Source: Bdellovibrionota bacterium (lineage in GTDB: Bacteria > Bdellovibrionota > Bacteriovoracia > Bacteriovoracales > Bacteriovoracaceae). Taken from it: DNA of 64,000 bases. A program made the position numbers and the translations under genes. Where the stretch lies: NCBI GenBank assembly GCA_030828105.1, contig JAURDE010000001.1, positions 14,042-78,041 of the forward strand, in the 5' to 3' direction. Below the pieces are notes generated by a model. That model did no database searches. It had not been told where the DNA came from and was given only the letters and a program-made list of their open reading frames with translations. Positions within the stretch are counted from its first letter, which is position 1. Each line of letters begins with the position of its first letter. Shown here piece by piece: positions 61,626 to 64,000 of this stretch.

Positions 61626-62039
61626 ATGGATATTAAAAACTTCATAAATAAAGGAGTTGCTTTAAATAAGCAAAAGTCTCCTATTAATATCCAAAGAAAG
61701 TCTTCTAAATCAAACCTTGAATATGTTCCCGAAGAAATTAAAAAAATTGCCCGTGATATGGATTCCCAATTTGCTAAGCTAATGATTCAAAAAATGAAGG
61801 CAACAGTTTCACGTAATGAAGAACCTAGTACAGCTAACCAAATTTACGAAAGTTATATGAGTGACGAATATTCAAAAGCGATGGCCCAACAAAATAATGG
61901 AACAGGTGTACAAGAGTTAATTCTTGATCAAATTTACCCTCATCGTTATCGTAATAAAATAACTTATGAGCATTACCTTCAAAACCAAAAAGATTTAATC
62001 GAACGTTTCAAAAGAAACAAAGTCGATATAGAGGAATAA
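61626..62039 (+). CDS. flgJ: rod-binding protein (FlgJ N-terminal-domain type, no muramidase domain)
   Basis: DSQFAKLMIQKMKAT...YESYMSDEYSKAMAQQNNGTGVQELILDQIY matches the rod-binding pattern. It lies between flgI and flgM. Confidence 0.65.
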   Translation: MDIKNFINKGVALNKQKSPINIQRKSSKSNLEYVPEEIKKIARDMDSQFAKLMIQKMKATVSRNEEPSTANQIYESYMSDEYSKAMAQQNNGTGVQELILDQIYPHRYRNKITYEHYLQNQKDLIERFKRNKVDIEE

Positions 62040-62040
62040 A

Positions 62041-62370
62041 ATGAGTAAAATAACTAAACCAAAAGAAAGAAGTTTTTTCTTCCCAAAGAAAAGGGAAACA
62101 ATAACTAATACAAAAAACAAACTCGGAGGCGAGAGAAGTAATATCGATTCCGGTAAGCAATTGAAAAGAGATAATCTTATTCAACGTGATACGAATGTTA
62201 CAATAAATGATGGCATTAAAGATTTTTCAAAAATTAAACGTTATGCCAATTTAGCGCCTGATATCGATAACAGTCAAAAAATTGCATCTTTAAAAGAACA
62301 AATTGCAAATGGCACTTATAAGGTGGACCTCGATGCATTAGCTGATAGCATAATGGATCAAAAGTTTTAG
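62041..62370 (+). CDS. flgM: anti-sigma-28 factor FlgM
   Basis: 109 aa with a disordered N-terminus and a C-terminal KIASLKEQIANGTYKVDLDALADSIM. Confidence 0.75.
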   Translation: MSKITKPKERSFFFPKKRETITNTKNKLGGERSNIDSGKQLKRDNLIQRDTNVTINDGIKDFSKIKRYANLAPDIDNSQKIASLKEQIANGTYKVDLDALADSIMDQKF

Positions 62371-62380
62371 GAGTAAATGA

Positions 62381-62932
62381 ATGAATGTCTCAAATGAAAA
62401 ATTAAAAAAGATGAGTGAAGACCCGCTTGCAGAAATATTATATTTTCAAGTAACTGACCTTTGGAAAAGGTTTTGTGAAGAGCATACTCGATTGTTTAAT
62501 GCTACCTGCGATGAGTATGAATGTCTTCTTGATAACGATATCGATCGCCTTGAAGTAATTATTGATAATAAACAAAAAATAATCAATAAAATTTCTTTGC
62601 TTGAAAAATTGCGAAAAGAAGTTATTGAAAACCTCAATGAGACAATAGATGAACGCTATAAGGGACTATTAAATAACGATAGAAACATTTCTTCTATTAA
62701 AGAGCTTCTTATTTTTATTACAAAATTCGAGCAATTAAAAAGCTATAATCATTTACAGCGGTTTAATAATCTTCTTATTGACCTTATTGAAAAAACTCAA
62801 GAACAAAACAAGAAAAACCAGCTTTATATTAACAGAGCGGTAAAGAATCTTGACGAGTTAAAAAAGGGTATTATGGGAGAACGACCCTATAAGACCTATA
62901 CTTCTCTTGGTACAACAAAATATAGAACATAA
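62381..62932 (+). CDS. flgN: FlgN-family flagellar export chaperone
   Basis: Helical 183-aa protein lying between flgM and flgK. The N-terminal region (CDEYECLLDNDIDRLEVIIDNKQKII) fits the FlgN pattern. Confidence 0.55.
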   Translation: MNVSNEKLKKMSEDPLAEILYFQVTDLWKRFCEEHTRLFNATCDEYECLLDNDIDRLEVIIDNKQKIINKISLLEKLRKEVIENLNETIDERYKGLLNNDRNISSIKELLIFITKFEQLKSYNHLQRFNNLLIDLIEKTQEQNKKNQLYINRAVKNLDELKKGIMGERPYKTYTSLGTTKYRT

Positions 62933-62941
62933 GGATTATTT

Positions 62942-64000
62942 GTGGCGGACTTATTTAGTATAGGTAGATCTGGATTAAGCGTATCGAAAAAAGCGTTAGA
63001 AACTACCTCTCACAACATCTCCAATGTTAATACTGAGGGTTACTCCCGCCAAAGAACTCTTCAGCAAGCAAATGCACCTCATTTAAAAAGTGGGGTCATT
63101 ATGGGAACAGGTGCAGATGTTAAAACTATTAAGCGGGTGCATGATCAATTCGTTGAGAATAGACTGCAAGGTAGTTTATCGGAAAATGGATTTTATAATG
63201 AGCGGTCAATAATTCTAAAAGATATTGAACAAATCTTTAATGAAGTGGATGGGGAAGGTCTAAATCAGGTCCTTACTAAATTTTTTAACTCTTTTAGAGA
63301 ACTTGCAAACAACCCAGAAGATGAAAGTATACGCTCTCTAGTTAGAGATAATGCAATTATGGTTTCCAGAGATTTTAGAAGAGCGAGACAGGCATTAGAT
63401 GATCATTCAAACAATATTGATAAAAAGATGGAAACTTTTGTTGAAGAAGTAAATTCCTATCTAAATCAAATTACAAAGCTTAATCAAAAAATAAGGAACC
63501 TTGAAGTTTCAGGGAACGAAACAGGTGACCTTCGGGACGATAGAGACCGTTTATTAAAGCGCTTAAGTGAGTTTTTCAAAATACATCATTATGAAGATAA
63601 TCGGGGAAATTTTAACGTTAATATCGACGGTGTAGGAACTATTGTATCAGGCGTGAAAATGATCGGTCTTCGAACCGGACGAGTATCAAAAGAAGAATCT
63701 CTTAATAATATGGAAGGCTCCTTAATGCTATATTTTGAAGGGCGACCCTCCAACCCTATTACTCACAAATTTAGAGGGGGCCGTATGGAGGCCCTCATCA
63801 AGGCAAGAAATGAAGATATCCTAGGTCTTCAAAATAGTATTGACCAAGTTGCATTCCAATTTTCAAAAGCAGTTAATAATATCCATAATCAAGGTTTCGC
63901 CTCAAGGAAAGTAGAAATTTCCGAAGATGGAACCGCAGCAAGTTTTGATGATAAAGGCCCTTTAACAGGTATCAACTTCTTCGAAAATATCTCAGAAAAA
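62942..64000 (+). CDS. flgK: flagellar hook-associated protein 1 FlgK, N-terminal part (3' end outside the window)
   Basis: Absent from the ORF track because no stop occurs within the window. GTG 62942 is preceded by AAGGA. Hand translation gives MADLFSIGRSGLSVSKKALETTSHNISNVNTEGYSRQ..., and the frame stays open to position 64000. Confidence 0.85.
   Translation, partial: MADLFSIGRSGLSVSKKALETTSHNISNVNTEGYSRQRTLQQANAPHLKSGVIMGTGADVKTIKRVHDQFVENRLQGSLSENGFYNERSIILKDIEQIFNEVDGEGLNQVLTKFFNSFRELANNPEDESIRSLVRDNAIMVSRDFRRARQALDDHSNNIDKKMETFVEEVNSYLNQITKLNQKIRNLEVSGNETGDLRDDRDRLLKRLSEFFKIHHYEDNRGNFNVNIDGVGTIVSGVKMIGLRTGRVSKEESLNNMEGSLMLYFEGRPSNPITHKFRGGRMEALIKARNEDILGLQNSIDQVAFQFSKAVNNIHNQGFASRKVEISEDGTAASFDDKGPLTGINFFENISEK

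Overview
This is an AT-rich, gene-dense core-genome window from a Gram-negative, flagellated bacterium. LpxC, TonB-like, FlgH/FlgI rings and sigma-54 components support that; a Bdellovibrio-like or deltaproteobacterial lineage is only my guess. Layout: (1) 3-5465 (+), a branched-chain acyl-CoA / valine catabolic cluster (icmF 3' part, mmsA, 3-hydroxyisobutyryl-CoA hydrolase, crotonase), followed by a DsbA/HCCA-isomerase-like gene. (2) 6482-10807 (-), hflK-hflC, a sigma-54 enhancer-binding protein and a TlpA-like thioredoxin. (3) 10791-42559 (-), one uninterrupted translation/transcription block: a tRNA Thr-Tyr-Gly-Thr promoter, tuf, tRNA-Trp, a 484-bp ORF-free spacer, secE-nusG, rplKAJL, rpoBC, rpsL-rpsG-fusA, and the S10/spc/alpha operons ending at an rplQ terminator. 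(4) 42662-49373 (-/+), rlmB-proS-lpxC, a glycine-zipper lipoprotein, a hotdog thioesterase, and ruvCAB preceded by a 57-codon membrane ORF. (5) 49462-52076 (+), folD-gcvT-gcvH plus an orphan ORF. (6) 52130-57107 (-), xseB, a patatin-like lipoprotein, PBP1A and a TonB-like protein. (7) 57193-64000 (+), flgF-G-A-H-I, a flgJ-like gene, and flgM-N-K behind a sigma-54-type promoter. I see no mobile elements, CRISPR arrays, defence or toxin modules, and no convincing novel multi-gene system. The most unexplained stretch is the spacer at 40118-40601. Other points worth a second look: two genes whose conserved N-termini lie upstream of any canonical start codon, a duplicated leader in front of both rplK and rplA, a patatin homologue lacking its catalytic dyad, and an SD-supported hydrophobic extension on FlgG. 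All calls come from reading the sequence and ORF translations; no database search was run.
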